A stretch of DNA of 64,000 nucleotides from Thalia democratica (lineage: Eukaryota): the NCBI GenBank assembly GCA_965202585.1, contig OZ241828.1, positions 17,856,001 through 17,920,000 on the forward strand, in the 5' to 3' direction. The notes below the pieces were generated by a model. It was not told where the DNA came from, made no database searches, and saw nothing but the letters and a program-made list of their open reading frames with translations. A program made the translations under genes and the position numbers. Below, one piece after another: positions 24,201 through 38,294 of the stretch (position 1 is the stretch's first letter; every line of letters starts with the position of its first letter).

Positions 24201-25989
24201 CTCTACTTAACAATTTATCTTTCAACTTGTCATAAGCAAAAAGCTAAATGTCTATTAATCGGAAGTTTGAAATAGTAGCTATAGCCAGTTAACATAAGCT
24301 TTAATTCTTTTTGAAAAAGATTCATTTAAGCACTGACGATGTCTTTGACCGAAACTTAGTTTGTAAAATAAAATCTTGAAAGAATAAATTCATTATTTCT
24401 CCTATAGTAGCTAGTTAAGTGCTTTATCTGAACTCGAAATCGGTAAACTTAACATAATAATTCTAAAAGTTAAGTATTGAGTACACAGAGATTTTATAGA
24501 AACTAAATACCTATACAATAAAGATATCTTTAGACCCCAACTAACATTATACAAGAAAGTATTTTTGTAGTTTTTTGTGTACGCAAAAACGTATATGTGT
24601 TTAAAGTTGTTTCAATTTAGTTGAAAAATAACCGAAAGGCTTGCGTTAAGTTTAAAATAACGAGCTGAAACAATTTTTTTATTAATTAAAATGACACAAA
24701 AGTTTCGTTGTTAAAATTTGTTGGTATACTGTAACTTTCTACCAAAATTTATGTATAGTTTAGCAGTTTTAAATTAATCAAAGAGCTGCGTTTTAAGTTT
24801 TAAAAAAATATTTGGTATCCAGTTAAACTTCTCAATAACAGGTTCAGAATGATTAAGTAAAAACTAATAGATAATTTCTACTTATTTAAGCTATAATTTT
24901 CAGCTTCAAGCTGGGTAATAATTAAATTGTATTTTATCGTGTTCATGTGATTTCTTTAGCAAGTTTCTTACTTTTATAAGTTTATTATATAACCTCTAAC
25001 TTATTTTGATAATATACTGCATTGACAAAAGTAAAAATATACAAAATACAACCAGGCTTGGTAGAAACAATTTCCAGCAAAGTTGCCATAAAAAGTGTCA
25101 TTCGACTTTAGAACAAGTTAATTTCATTTATACTGTAGAAATCAGATTTCATTATATAAAATTAGTAGCTTTTAACTTCCCAAGTTGCCAAAACACGACA
25201 TTGTTAGAGTGAAAACTTGCAGTAGCTAATAACTCGTACTTTAATAGTGTTTATTCTACCAAAATTTAGTTTTAAAATAGGATATTTTAGTGATAGCTGC
25301 AGCCTGCAGTAATCTTATTCTTTATAAAGTGCAGCCCGTGAATAACTCAACATAGAAAAATGACTCTTTAATTGTCAAGTCTGCCAATTTAACTGATAAG
25401 GAAATGCTGTAGCTACATAACTTTTAATTGAAATTAACACAAATTTAGTTTTTTTAGGAAAAATTCGTAATAAATTTTTGTTAGGTTTTCACACCAGAGC
25501 CCTACAGTGTTATTTGACGTGAGAACCTAAACAAATCACAATATATTTTAATAACATGTTCATAGTTTATAAACAAGCACGAAGAAATTTGCAAAGCAGG
25601 TCCTTTTTTAAATACATACATGGACAGCAAAATATTTCAGTTTAAACGCCGTTGATCAAGAAAACAATAATTTTTTTGGAACCTTAACTACGTTCGTAAA
25701 ATCTACCCTTCAGTCATGATATTAACAACTGCAAGACTACCATGATGAAAAAACTAGTACATACTAATTATCTCGTTAAATATAATTAACCGAATTATGC
25801 TTATTAAACGTCTTGGTCTTTACCCTTTTTTTGTTCGATGCATATTCAACTTTTTATAACAACTTTAGTAAGGGGCTATTTCTTATCAGAATTATGCAGT
25901 GCACAAATAATTGTAAATACAAAACATTTAAATTGATTTTTCAACTTTTGTAACCTTATATTATTCTGTAACTTTATTTTAGATAAAAA

Positions 25990-28900
25990 ACAATTTATAA
26001 CTGAACACAATTTATTTAATACACAAAAAAAACATAATACTTGAAGATTGCATTCATTCCATGTTTTTCACACGTCCAACGTCAGCAACAAATGAAGACA
26101 ATCGGAAAGACCTGTAAGAATAATATACAATTAATAAAACGGAAAAATTATTGATGCTTTTTAAACTAAAAATTAGTAATATTTCATTTAATAATTAAAA
26201 CACATTAGTGAACAGATGCCGTGAAAAGTGGCTAAAACTCAAACGTCAACGTAACATATAATAAAAATGCATCCTTCAAACTTGTAGCTTTTGCAGTCAA
26301 AACAACAGTTTATTAACAATTTACAAATAAAAAAATGCAAGCAAGCAATACAAACTAAATAAATTTATCAATTTTAATAATTAAACGTGTTCAAAGTTTT
26401 GATAAAATCATATAACTTAGCTATTAAATACCACAAAGAAATAAATTATAGTTCTGTGAAACAAAATAGCTTCCACAGCTTCAAACTTTTTAATAACCTC
26501 TATTTCACAAGTACTATATTTTAGTCTCTTTAAAATTAATTTTAGACTAGTAACAAAAATTATAGTAAAACAATAAAAAAACATACAAGTTTAAAATGTT
26601 AGCTACAAATTCTAAATGTTATTGAAAAATAACACCAGCTTTTTAATTTGACTTAAATCAGTTTATCTTAAAACTTATAAAATTTATACAAATGTAAACA
26701 ACAAATAAATAAAGACGTTTGAATGATTAAAATTACCAACACTTTTTTTACTTTTAACAAGTTTGATTGAGCAATGCTTACAAATCTTAAATAACTTATT
26801 TTCTTTACAAAAGATAATAAGTACTCAAAAAATAAATTAATAAAACAAAAATTCGAGTAAATTTGAAAAAATAATTATAACAGCAATCGAAACAAACGAT
26901 ATAAAATTTATAAATTATAAAATCTAAATAAGATAATTAGAAGGAGCATAGACTATTTAAAAGCTTTTTTTTTCAATCATAGTTGTCACAACTGTTATTA
27001 AATTTAGTAAATAAAAATTTATTTACATTAAAACAGATTAAAATATTATAATAAATTGGACAAAATAAAATGAGAAAATACTGCACTATTTGTTGGTCTA
27101 GTAATTTAAACAAATGTAATTTAATAACTCTCAAATTTGCTATGATACACCGCTAAGATAAACATTTTATTTAATTTTGGTTAAGTTAATAAATACATAT
27201 TTTTTCTTTTTTTCAAAATAAACAGTCGATTTATAAATCAAAACTCTATTTAACTATATAAAACACCAAGCACTAAAGAAACACTTTGGATTTATTTAAA
27301 AAATTTCAGTATCAGATTATTTTTTCTATACGTTCAACAAAACAGGTTTTTAATTATTTGTAATTGTAATTACTTACTTATTGTTCCACTTCGCACAATT
27401 TATGAGATTTAGTGACAGAGAGGTCCACTGGTTCCGCATCAAGTGATTTGGCATCGGTGAACCAATTCAAGACACTGAAAAAAAATTATAAATATTACAA
27501 TTCATAGAGTTGATTTAAACTGGTATTAAATATTTAGTAAAGCATTTTATTTAAACACAATAGATATATAGAATATGTAAAAATTTGTGGCCACATTGTT
27601 AAATATTAAGCATGTTCCATCACAATTGTCATTGTTTTCTTATGATTTCTTAATAAGATAACTAGCAAACTAAATTTCAATAAATTTCTTTAAAAATATA
27701 AAAACTAAGTATAATGTGCAACAGTTGTATGAAAAATGTTAGCAGGAATAATTAAAACGACATATTCTGTAAAAAAAGTTTTGAGGTTATTGTTCTGATA
27801 AGTTCAAATTTCTTAGTAAACTGAACTGTATACAGTAACCTCTCGCTTATTTACGCACATTGTGTCCACAGAAAAAGTGCGTAAAGATATGAAGGATCGT
27901 AAAGATACGAGAGGTATCAAATATACTTACTATAATGGCTGTTTTTTTATATTGCTTCTGGTTAAAAGCAGACTGGAGACTTTCCCATTTTTAACTATTT
28001 GTTTACTTTATTTATAAATATGAAAACAAAAGATAGAAATATACTTATATTTAAAAAAGGAAATTAAATTTTTATAAAACAATAGTACTTTTAAGGTTAT
28101 AATCCAATTTTAAATAAATAACACTTGTAGAAAAATTCTACTAATTTTAATAACAAGTAGATTTTATCTTTATATTTATTCATATGTGACTAGTTTTAAT
28201 ACTTAACATTTTATATTCTGTTCTACTTAGCAAATTCAATTTATAATTGAGCATTGTTTACAATTAAGAAATGCTGTGGTGTTTATATTAAAATGTGCTT
28301 ATATAACCTTATAGAAAAATATGCATTTGGTGCTATAATAGATTTCTTCTTTTGAATATTAGTATATAAAGAATAAGAAAAATGTTTAATAAAAATTGTT
28401 TGTTTTACAACAATTTTTTTTTAATTTGACCTTTGTCAACAAAAGGATAAACTTGTCTTGCATGGAGTGCACTTTTTGCTAAGAAGTTTCATTTAATTTC
28501 ATTTTTTGATGTTTATTCATATAAAGGGCAAGAGTGCTGTATTATTTATCTGTGTCTTAAACTCTTATTATTCGAGTTTACTTTCATTATTTGACAAAGT
28601 CATATTTCTTACAGAATTTTAATTTAATCTCTTATTGTTAACAACATTTCTGATATACTGAGGTATAACTAGATGTTTATCAACTTAGTAAAGGAACATA
28701 AGTTTACAAAGTCTAAAGATATATAGAGGTGAGTTAGCATTTAAAAATATACAATAAACCTAACTTCAGCAATATTAAAAAAAAAAAGATCTTTTTAGAA
28801 TTCTAAAATGCGTAACTAAACGAGAGTGCGTAACGTCACGAGTGCGTAAAGATCCGAGAGGTTACTGTAATTATTTCTTGACATTCAGATTAAAATGTCA

Positions 28901-29136
28901 AGTTGACTAAAAGCTTTGTAGATTGTTGTAGATGAAAAGTTTATAGAAGTTCAAATGACCAATTTTTAGAGAGCATATTTTTCTTTTATAAACTTTGTAA
29001 ATTGAAACTGTGAAAAACACTCTTAAAAGTATTATTAATTTTAAACAACTAATTTTGTAATATGTACTATGATTACTTAATTTAAACTACTGATATGAAA
29101 ACACACTGTTCAAATATTACTTACATTTCAGGCCAC
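25990..29136 (-). other. Second copy of the unannotated spliced gene 3' part (exons 29136-29125, 27474-27378, 26111-~25990)
   Basis: Same splice sites and exon sequences as 12350-15496, offset by 13,640 bp. Confidence 0.6.
27833..28867. mobile_element. Second copy of the Tc1/mariner-type MITE (duplicated with the segment)
   Basis: Same TIRs, TA duplication and flanks as 14193-15227. Confidence 0.9.
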
Positions 29137-29527
29137 CTGTATTGAACAATAAATTTTACTACTATTTTTTATGCTTTACTACACCACTATACATATTAAA
29201 CACAACATTATAAGATACTAAGTTTTACAAGTACTATATTTTAGTCTCTTTAAACTTAATTGTAGATTTGTATACAATATATACAAGTTAACATGTAATA
29301 AAAAAGCATCCAACAAACTTGTAGCTTTTGCAGTCAAAACTACAGTTTGATAAAAATTGACAAAAAATTAAATGCAAGCAAGCAATACAAACTAAATAAA
29401 TTTATTAACTATAATAATTATATGTGTTTAAAGTTTAAATAAAATCATATAACTTATAAATAAAGACGTTTGAATGATTTAAATTACCATTTTATTGAAA
29501 TTAACAACACTTTTTACTTTTAACAAG

Positions 29528-32500
29528 TTTGTTTGAGCAATGCTTACAAATCTTAACTAACTTATTTTCCTTTCAAAAGATGATAAATACTCACATAATT
29601 AATTTACCAAACAAAAATTCGAGTTTAAATTATTAAAATAGAAATCAAAACAAACAAATGAAATTAATCAATTATCAAACCTAAATAAGATATTAGAAGG
29701 AGCATATACTATTTAAAAGCTTTATTTTTTAATCATAGTTGTTGCAACTGCTAATAACTTTTTCTCTACTAAATTTAAGTACATTAAAACAGTTTAATAT
29801 ATTATAATAAATTTGACAAAATTTACATTGCTCAATATGAGAAATTACTGCAATATTTGTTGGTTTAGTAAGTTAATCATATGTAACTTTAATAGTTATC
29901 AAGTTTGCTATGATAGACCGCTAAGATAAACATTTTATTTAATTTTGGTTAAATTAATAAATACATATTTTTCCTTATGTTCAAAATAAACAGTCGATTT
30001 ATAAATCAAAACTCTATTTAACTATATAAAACCCCAAGCACTAAAGAAACACTTTGGATTTATTACAAAAATTTCAGTATCAGATTATTTTTTCTATATG
30101 TTCAACAAAACAGTTTTTAAATTATTTGTAGTTGTAAATACTTACTTATTGTTTCACTTAGCATAATCAATGAGATTTAGTGACAGAGAGGTCCACATCA
30201 GTGATTTGTCATGGTCAATGATTTAATTTAAGAACAGAAACTGAAAAAAAAACAAAGTTATAAATAATATAATACATAAAGTTGATTTAAACTGGTATTT
30301 TTATTAAAATAGTCATGTGTGTGCATGTCTAACAACTTAAGTAAAGTACACACAACTGTTTTGCAAACAGACATTATAAATTTGTATAAAAAAACATAAA
30401 AATATTACTTTTAATAAATGTGTTTTATTCATTATAAATACAAACAAGTTGGTTTACATTAAAAAAAATTCTCATAGTATAAAAACAACATTGCCACTCT
30501 TTAAAACAAAAAACTATCCTTAGTGACCTTGTACAGTCTTAAGTCATCCTGTGCTTTTTTTCAAATCATATTAAAAATCTTAATTTAATTGAAATAAACT
30601 TTTCAAATCAATATAAATCATGTTTTAAAATAAAACAGGTTATAAAATATCAAAACATTGTTACTGGACCAACTTTATCTGTATCAAGATCTAGAAAAAA
30701 ACTAGCCTAAGACTTTTAAAAACATAAAACTATTTTGAGTTGTCCTTACTCAACCTTAGTTAGATTTAAAAAATTTAAACTCTGCTGAACAATATTGAGT
30801 ATTTTGAATGTATGGCAAGCATGATACAAAATACTTATAAACTTTTGGTAAAAATGAAAAGTATTCTTAATTTGATCTATTTTTATAACATTACACTTAT
30901 ATAAAGATAAAATGTTTTAAGAACAAGTGTTGCTTAAGAAAAAATTAATTCTATATATTTAGATATATAAATGTAAAAGTACTGGGTGTAAGGGACTGGG
31001 GTGGGGGCTTATAAATTTATATGTTCATCTGTTTACCAGAGGTCTTAATCACTTTATCTACTTTATAGATAGCTGATGTATCAATTAAATGTTATTTGTC
31101 ATCAGTCACCTAAAGGTTAGAATTTTTTCTATACCCTTAATAGGTTTTAACCAAAACGCTTTGTTGAAATTTTAGCATGGGTGCCATACTTTCAGAAAAA
31201 AAGAATAGTTTAAGTTTGTGTATCAGGTTAAAACTTTTTTTAAAAACTTGTAAATAGTTATATAAAATAGTTATTTACTGCTATGATCAAATTATATGTT
31301 AATGAAACTAAAGCTTTTAGCTTTTGTGTTTTACGAGGTAAAATGTATTATACTGTTATCTTAATCTTCAAATTACATACATGGTTTGTCTTATAGTATG
31401 GCTCTGTTTGATATATAAGAGTTAAACAACTCTAAGTTGTAGTTAATAATACTATAATTGAAATATACTCACCACTGTACTATACCAAAAACTTGCAGAA
31501 ATAAATTTATTGGGTGGATTGTATAAGAAGATATTCTTGTAAACAAACTTTCAAAACACTAGGTGCTTATTTCTTTTTTTAAGTATTCGCTGTTCAAATA
31601 CTAGTCATATCACTTACAACAGTATTGAGTATTGACATTCTATATGAAAAATATTTACTTTTTTTATAACCGATAAATATCAATATGTACGGAACCCAAT
31701 TTACAAATTAATTAAAAAAAAAAAACGTTTAAAATAACCAATCTATACAATTAAAAATCAAAAAAATTAAATTCTTGCAATATTCACAAATTTAAACATA
31801 CTATCAAAAAATTACAAAATGTTAAATTTGACTAATAAAACTAGGTTTTAATAAAAACATTTTTAATAGATTTCTTTATAAAAATTGTTACAACAGAAGT
31901 ATTTATTTTTACATCTATAAAACTCGCACAAATAAACGTTTTAGAACGTTTGTATAATGTTTCAATTTTTTTTTTTAAATAGAGTAGTTTTATCCGTGAA
32001 AAACTATGTGGATGAAAGTTAAACTTCAAAACAGGAAAAGAAAGCAGTTACTAGTTAATGTTATATTTACCAGACCAAAAAAGTACAGAAAAACAAGTTT
32101 AATATTTTTTTGTTTAACAATACATATGGTTGAAAAAGTTTAATTTTTGCTTCAGAATTTAAAGAATATTAAAATTTATTTTTGGAATTTTTACATAACA
32201 GTTTATACCATATATTTTTAAATTTAAAAGCGTCAATAAACCTAAACAAGTTAAAACGTCTTATTTTTGTATTGTATGTCTATAAAAATAAACAGTAGTT
32301 AAGTTGGTGTCTATTGTTAATGTTATTTTAGTTTATAAACTTTTCAGTTGTTGGTTTTATAAGTATGCATGTAAAACCGCGGTTATTTTTCTTAATGATT
32401 TTTGTAAAAAAAATATCTTTAAAACTTAACTTTTATCAATACTTGTGCAAATGATATAAAAACTCCAAACTTAAATATTAAATTAATTCAATAACTGCTT

Positions 32501-35304
32501 ACTTAGATGCTTTAAACAGCTTTCTTATGATATGATTATGATTTACTAAACTTAAGTAAAAGAAAAAAAATGTAGCATAATAAAGTTAAATAAGCATTTG
32601 TAAGCAAATTTTAAAATTTTTCTAGTAACTAATATTGTATCAAACAAAAAAGTTTATGTAAAAAAAAAAATTACAAAACAAATAGTAAAAACTTTTTTAA
32701 CTTTTTATATCATATATCAATATAAAACACAGCAAACAGCTTGATGAGTAGTGATGACACGACAATAAAGGAATTGCTTATTTATGGTTGATACTCATTT
32801 TTTCTTAAAAGTTTTATCTTCAATTTACTACTCTTTGTATTAGCACTTATACATGCTACCTTTTGTTAACTTCTTACACTTAAATAATGATTTAGCCGCC
32901 ACTAATAGCTGTAATAGTGCACCAGGTAGTAGGTTAAATGAAATGCTAAGTAGGTGGGGAAGTAGTGGTCACAAAACTTCGGCAACAAGTAGTCCAAGTA
33001 ATTGAACTATTTGTAGTCCAAGTAGTTGGACAACCTGTAGTACAATTAATTGAACAACCTGTAGTCCAAGTAAATAAATGTTAAATAAAAATGGTGTACA
33101 TTAATTTTTTTTTCATACAAATAGATTTGAAATAATGACCAACAAAATTCAATAGGATTATATCGGCTAGATCCGCATAGTAATTACTAATTGGGATACT
33201 GCCAGATCCAGATATAAAAAGAGATTATCATGCTTGATCCGGTATATTATTAATTTGAACAGCCCCGTCAAGGACTAGTTTTATCTTGAATCGAACCGCC
33301 GATTAAAAACGTTGTCCACTTTTATACTAAACTAAAAAGAAATTTTGTAGTACCAGTAAATAAAGTTTAATAAACACTTAAACATTTCGACAAAACACTT
33401 TATCACTATATGAACACATTGTTGCATACAATCAGATCTTTTATATCGATAAGGTTTCTAAGAACCATGGCACCTTGACGCACGAAAACCTATCTTTTGT
33501 TTGCGTGGTCGCGCAGGGTTTTTTCGACCATTCGCTCCCATCAACGTCGTAACAAGCAACGTACGGCTCTCCGCTTTGAAAAATTGCGATCACGCCACCG
33601 AACGCCACCGCTCCGTGCACGGTCGTTTCCCACAGGTAAGGCGGCGATTTGATGGAAACGAAACTGCCGCCAACGTCGTCGAAAACCTCGCACTCTCCCG
33701 CTCCGTCCCCGAAAACATACAACTTTTGCCGCGCGGCCACCGTGTAGTGACGGCCCCTGCAGCGGATCATGCTCGGCATTGCCAGCCACCTGTCGTTGGC
33801 GTGATCGTAACGCTCCGCCCAGTTCAGCCTCTTGTGCTGCTGATCCATACCGCCGGTGACCACCACCGTTCCGTTGAACATCTCGCACGCCGTCACCGCC
33901 CTCGCGCCCACCTTCATGTCGGCCAGCTCTTTCCACTTGAAGTCGGCCGTGTCCAGTTGCAAGCAAGAGCCGTGGACGGGGTACGGATATTCTGGAGACC
34001 AGCCCCCGAAAGTTAAAATTTTGTTGGCAACGGCGCAAACGGAAAAGCTGTGGCGCGCGTCGAAGGTGTCTGCCACTTTCGTCCACGTGTTACTGGCCGG
34101 TGAGTACCTTTCAACGTACAATTCATAGTGCTCACAGCCATCTAAAACGTAAACTGCCCCTTCAATGCAAACTGCTTGGATTTCATGTCGCTCTGCCAGC
34201 ATGGGGGAAGAGCTTCTGCGCTTTTAAAATCGCACAACTGGATGAAATCTCTGCAGTATTCGACGGGTTTAAAACCAGAAAGATACTTCAAATCTCCTAA
34301 AACTAGTAAGTTTAAACTTGCCCTATAAGAATAAAGACTAATGCAATTGACTCCTAACTTATTACGAAAAAAAAATTTTTGATCATGCAACACATCTTTG
34401 AACACTGTAATACCTTCATCAGTTTTGTAATACAATGAAGACTCACTGAAAAGTCTTTTTAAAACACCTTTTGGTAGTGAGTAAACACGTAGTTTCAACA
34501 AAAGGTTTTTGGCAAACGTACCACGTTCATTAATTTTGTAAGTTAACCAACTTTCGGCTGCACGAATTACTCTAAGTTCTAACTTTGCAAGTAAACTGGA
34601 ACTTGAAAGTAGTTTTACTACAGAAATATATTCCAGTTCTAGAAAACTTATAGTTGCAACTACCAAAGTAAAGCACTCTTCCATGAAATTGATGGAAAAT
34701 TTCGAAATTGTTTTTAAATCAAAAACTTCTGCTAATTTATACAACAGAATTACATTTTTAGCAGAAAATTTTTCTTTTATTTTATTGTACCATTCTCTTT
34801 CACAACTCGTTGTGGTGTTAATAAAAATCTTCTTCTGTTTAATATAAAACATAACTCCATTTTTATCCAAATTATTACCTTTAAAAGAAAGTTTTATTAA
34901 CATACTTGTTGTAAATTATAAACAAATTGATTTAAAACTCTCAAGTTAGTTTTTAGTTTCTGATAAGATTTAGATTATTTTACCATTTAACGTAAAAAGT
35001 AAGATCTTTTTAAACTTAATAACGTAAACTACTCATCATAGTATTTTTTTGACTTGTAAAGTTTATGTGTGTTATCTCACTTGAGACACAGAAACATATT
35101 TAAGTACATTAAAGAAAGTGTTCTATAAACATTAATTATAATTATATATTGTATAATATAAATATGTACTTGGTTTTCGAAATTGAACTATTCAAATTAC
35201 TTTTAAACTAATTTAAATTTTCCTTTTTAAATTATTAGCTTAACTGCATGACTTAGTCAAAATATTTAAAAATAATTTTATTCTCCATTTTTCAATCGTA
35301 ATGG
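29528..35304. repeat. Segmental duplication, partial copy 3; the Kelch gene and its upstream flank are more diverged
   Basis: Near-identical to 15888-19800 up to ~33430, then visibly more diverged. Homology to 7981-8025 ends after TTCTCCATTTTTCAATC..ATGG at ~35304. Confidence 0.9.
33441..34903 (-). pseudogene. Kelch-like copy 3, split by a 1-bp deletion
   Basis: G6 (6921-6926 in copy 1) is G5 at 34203-34207, splitting the gene into ORFs 34142-34903 and 33441-34202. Otherwise collinear, with an open 17-aa N-terminal extension. Could be a homopolymer sequencing error. Confidence 0.7.
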
Positions 35305-38096
35305 TAATGCATGTTTTGTTACTTTTATAAAACTACATTAAAAATTAAATAAAAATGCTCTTACTTGGTAAGGTAAATCTGTATACCGCTTCAATGTTTT
35401 TATTCTCTGTGTAACTTTTGATATTTTGCTGACATAGCTTCACAAATTTTTCCATATTGTGGCGGCAAAATGTTTTTTTATACTAATCTGAAATTATTAA
35501 AATAAGTTCTAACTCATATTTTATGAAAGTCTAAATAGTGTTAGTTTAGTATTAAGATCATGACTGAAATTAAAAACTGAAACTTAAACAAAAATCAATT
35601 TGTTTTTATTTTTGTTTTCAAGCAACTAACTAAATACTTTGTTAATTTTTATGAATAATTTTAAGGTTTTCGAAAACAAAAGTACAAACATTTTCTATTT
35701 TTACTTTCATTACATGTGAAAGTTTTACCACGATTAAAAAAAAATTAATTTTATTATAATAATGAATAGAAATTTTAAAGATTAAAAAGATTCTTTAAAG
35801 ATTTTACAACCTTCAAATCAAGAAACAATAAAAATAATAAACCAAACTAAATTTAAAGGAAACTAGTTTAACTACAGTGTTATTACATAGTGTTTAAAAA
35901 AATGAAAGAGATCAAAAACTTTGATTTAAAGTCTTATACTTTAATAAAATTGATATTCAATTTTTATTAAAATATTCACAGTGCTTGCAAGTAAATGTTT
36001 CTAGTTTCATAAGTACTATAGTTTCATATAAGTGTTAGATATATATATTTTTTAATATTAGGATAAGTTTTTTTTGGCTAAATAATAGTTTAATAGTCAT
36101 GTGGTTCTCAAATCTTCAAAAAAAAGCTTTAAATAAAGTTTTAATCATGAATATAGCCAACATCTTTTATTAAAAACGCATTTATATACCAACTTTGATT
36201 TTTATAAACAATTTTCTTATAATCTTCCTATAAAGATCTCCATATATAAAAATATAAAAAAAAATATTATTGAAAACAACAAAACAAAAAGAAAAACAAA
36301 CCTTCATTTATTAAGTATTTTTTGGTAAATTTAATATCAACTTTACTCATTATTAAAAAAGCAGACGACCTATTTACTCATGTTCTTTTCTAAACTTGGT
36401 TGCTAATTAAAAACTATTAACAATTATGAAATTTCTAAACACTAACATTGATTTTTAACGAAAATTCAGTTAACGTACACTTAGTAGTATTTAACTTTTT
36501 CGGAAAGTGATACTAATAAACTTCCAATCAAATCTTAAAGTACATTTTAACAAACTTCAGTAAAGACATGTGAATAAAAATCTCAAAAAAAAAAAAAAAA
36601 GTAACAAGATTTGTTTAGAGGCTTGGAATGAATGATTTCACCATCAACAAAAATAAACATTCTAAAATAAACTATATAGAAATTGTTTTTCTCGTAAAAC
36701 CAAGCATTATAGTTCAAAAGTGTATTAGCTATTGTGCTTTGTATTAAAAACTGGGGGCAGATTCAAACCTAGTAAGATTACTAGTATTAGATAGTATAAT
36801 TCTTTTATAAACAAAAAAACTAACTTGATAATTAATAAAAAATTAAATTGGGCTCTTTATAACTATACCTGTATAATAACAAAGTAAAATAATCAACAAA
36901 TTTATTATTTCTACAATTATTAATTCTTCTTTTAATCATAGCTTAAAGATTTTTTAAGAAATATCGAAGAAACAACAATTTTGATTATTATTAAGAAAAA
37001 TAAAAGTAAAAAAATCGGCCCTGTTTAATTTTTACTGAAACTTTCATGGTTCCTTTTATTAAGAACATTGTTTATCTTTTTTTTAGATAATAAACAACAA
37101 AACTAACAATTTTACAGAGTGTTACAAAACGTCAATTAAACAGACCTACACAAGAACAAGTATTACTTCAGGTTTGTCTAGTATTGAAACAAAAAAAATT
37201 TTCAATTGTATGTGATTAAAACTAGAGTATAAAACATTATAGAAAACTGGTGAAGTTACGATTAAGATAATGGTAAGGGTGGTGCTTCAGTAAGTTCTAG
37301 GTAGTAAGCTCTAAGGTAGCTTGGATTACCTGAAGTGTGTCAGTTGATTGCATTTTTTTATTTATTTATAAAGGCTGTATTTCTGAAAAACGGAAATCGT
37401 GCAAAATTGGAATTTTTCTGAAAAAATTATTTAAGCTTACAATCTAAAAAAAAATTAAAAAAAAATTGAAAAAAAAAAGCCTTACTAAAATCATTTTAGT
37501 AAGTTTAATTAAAAAAGAAAATTCAAAAAAAAAAAATATTTTTTTAGAAAAGATTGTATAAATAAGAAAAAACACATTTTTTTTAAATAGGCTTCACTTA
37601 AATAGTCAAACCCCAATTCAATAAGTTTATTTTTATTTAAAGACAAAGTACCGTTCTTTAGAATAAAAAAAAAAATTTAGCTACTGTTTGAAAAACTGTA
37701 AGTCATGGAGTTCAATTTAGATTTAGTAATATGACTTTAACTTTAGCACTCTAGTATTAGTAAAAAAAATGCAATTAAAAAGCAATTAAAACATGGTTAA
37801 AAATATTGAAAAGATAAAATAAATAAAGAAATAGTATTTATTAAAACAAAATTTAAAACTACAGTTAACAATAAGCAGTGGTTATCAATTTTTTTAAATT
37901 CTGTAAATAGTAAAAGTGTTGCCAATCTTTGAGTAAAAATAAAATCTGAAAGACCGACAACTTTCTTTAATCAACTTGAATTATAAATAATACCGAAATC
38001 ATTAAAGCAACTTGAATAAAATAATTAAGCTAGTTAGTTATAAAATATTAAAAAATTAAATAATTTTTAAAAAAGTAATTAGATAAAAAAAGGAAT

Positions 38097-38294
38097 CAGG
38101 TTCTCGAAAAAAACCTAAAAACTATCCTGGGTGAAAAAATTTAACTGGCCTGAGTAGTTCTGCGACTTGTAAAAATTTAAATAAGTTTGAGTTGTCCTGA
38201 TGTTTCAAAAACTTGAAACTTTCTGTTTTACTCTTATTTTCAAGGAGTTCTCTAAGTATAAGGCAACCCTGAGTAAGTTACTTACAGGGTTGCC
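38097..38294. mobile_element. Back-to-back hAT-type MITE termini (GGCAACCCTG 38262-38271; CAGGGTTGCC 38285-38294) with degraded element bodies on both sides; related remnant at ~39640-39715
   Basis: CAGGGTTGCCA is a typical hAT MITE terminus. Subterminal TCCTG/GGCCTGAGT repeats occur at 38120-38200 and 39640-39715. Confidence 0.55.

Larger units (their letters stand above)
15888..29527. repeat. Segmental duplication, copy 2 (13,640 bp)
   Basis: Landmarks are offset by exactly 13,640 bp (15888/29528; MITE 14193/27833; microexon 15496/29136). Confidence 0.95.

Noticed and set aside
37272-37620. Possible MITE (TAAGGGTGG...ACCCCAA)
   Set aside because: Terminal repeats too degenerate and no target-site duplication identifiable.
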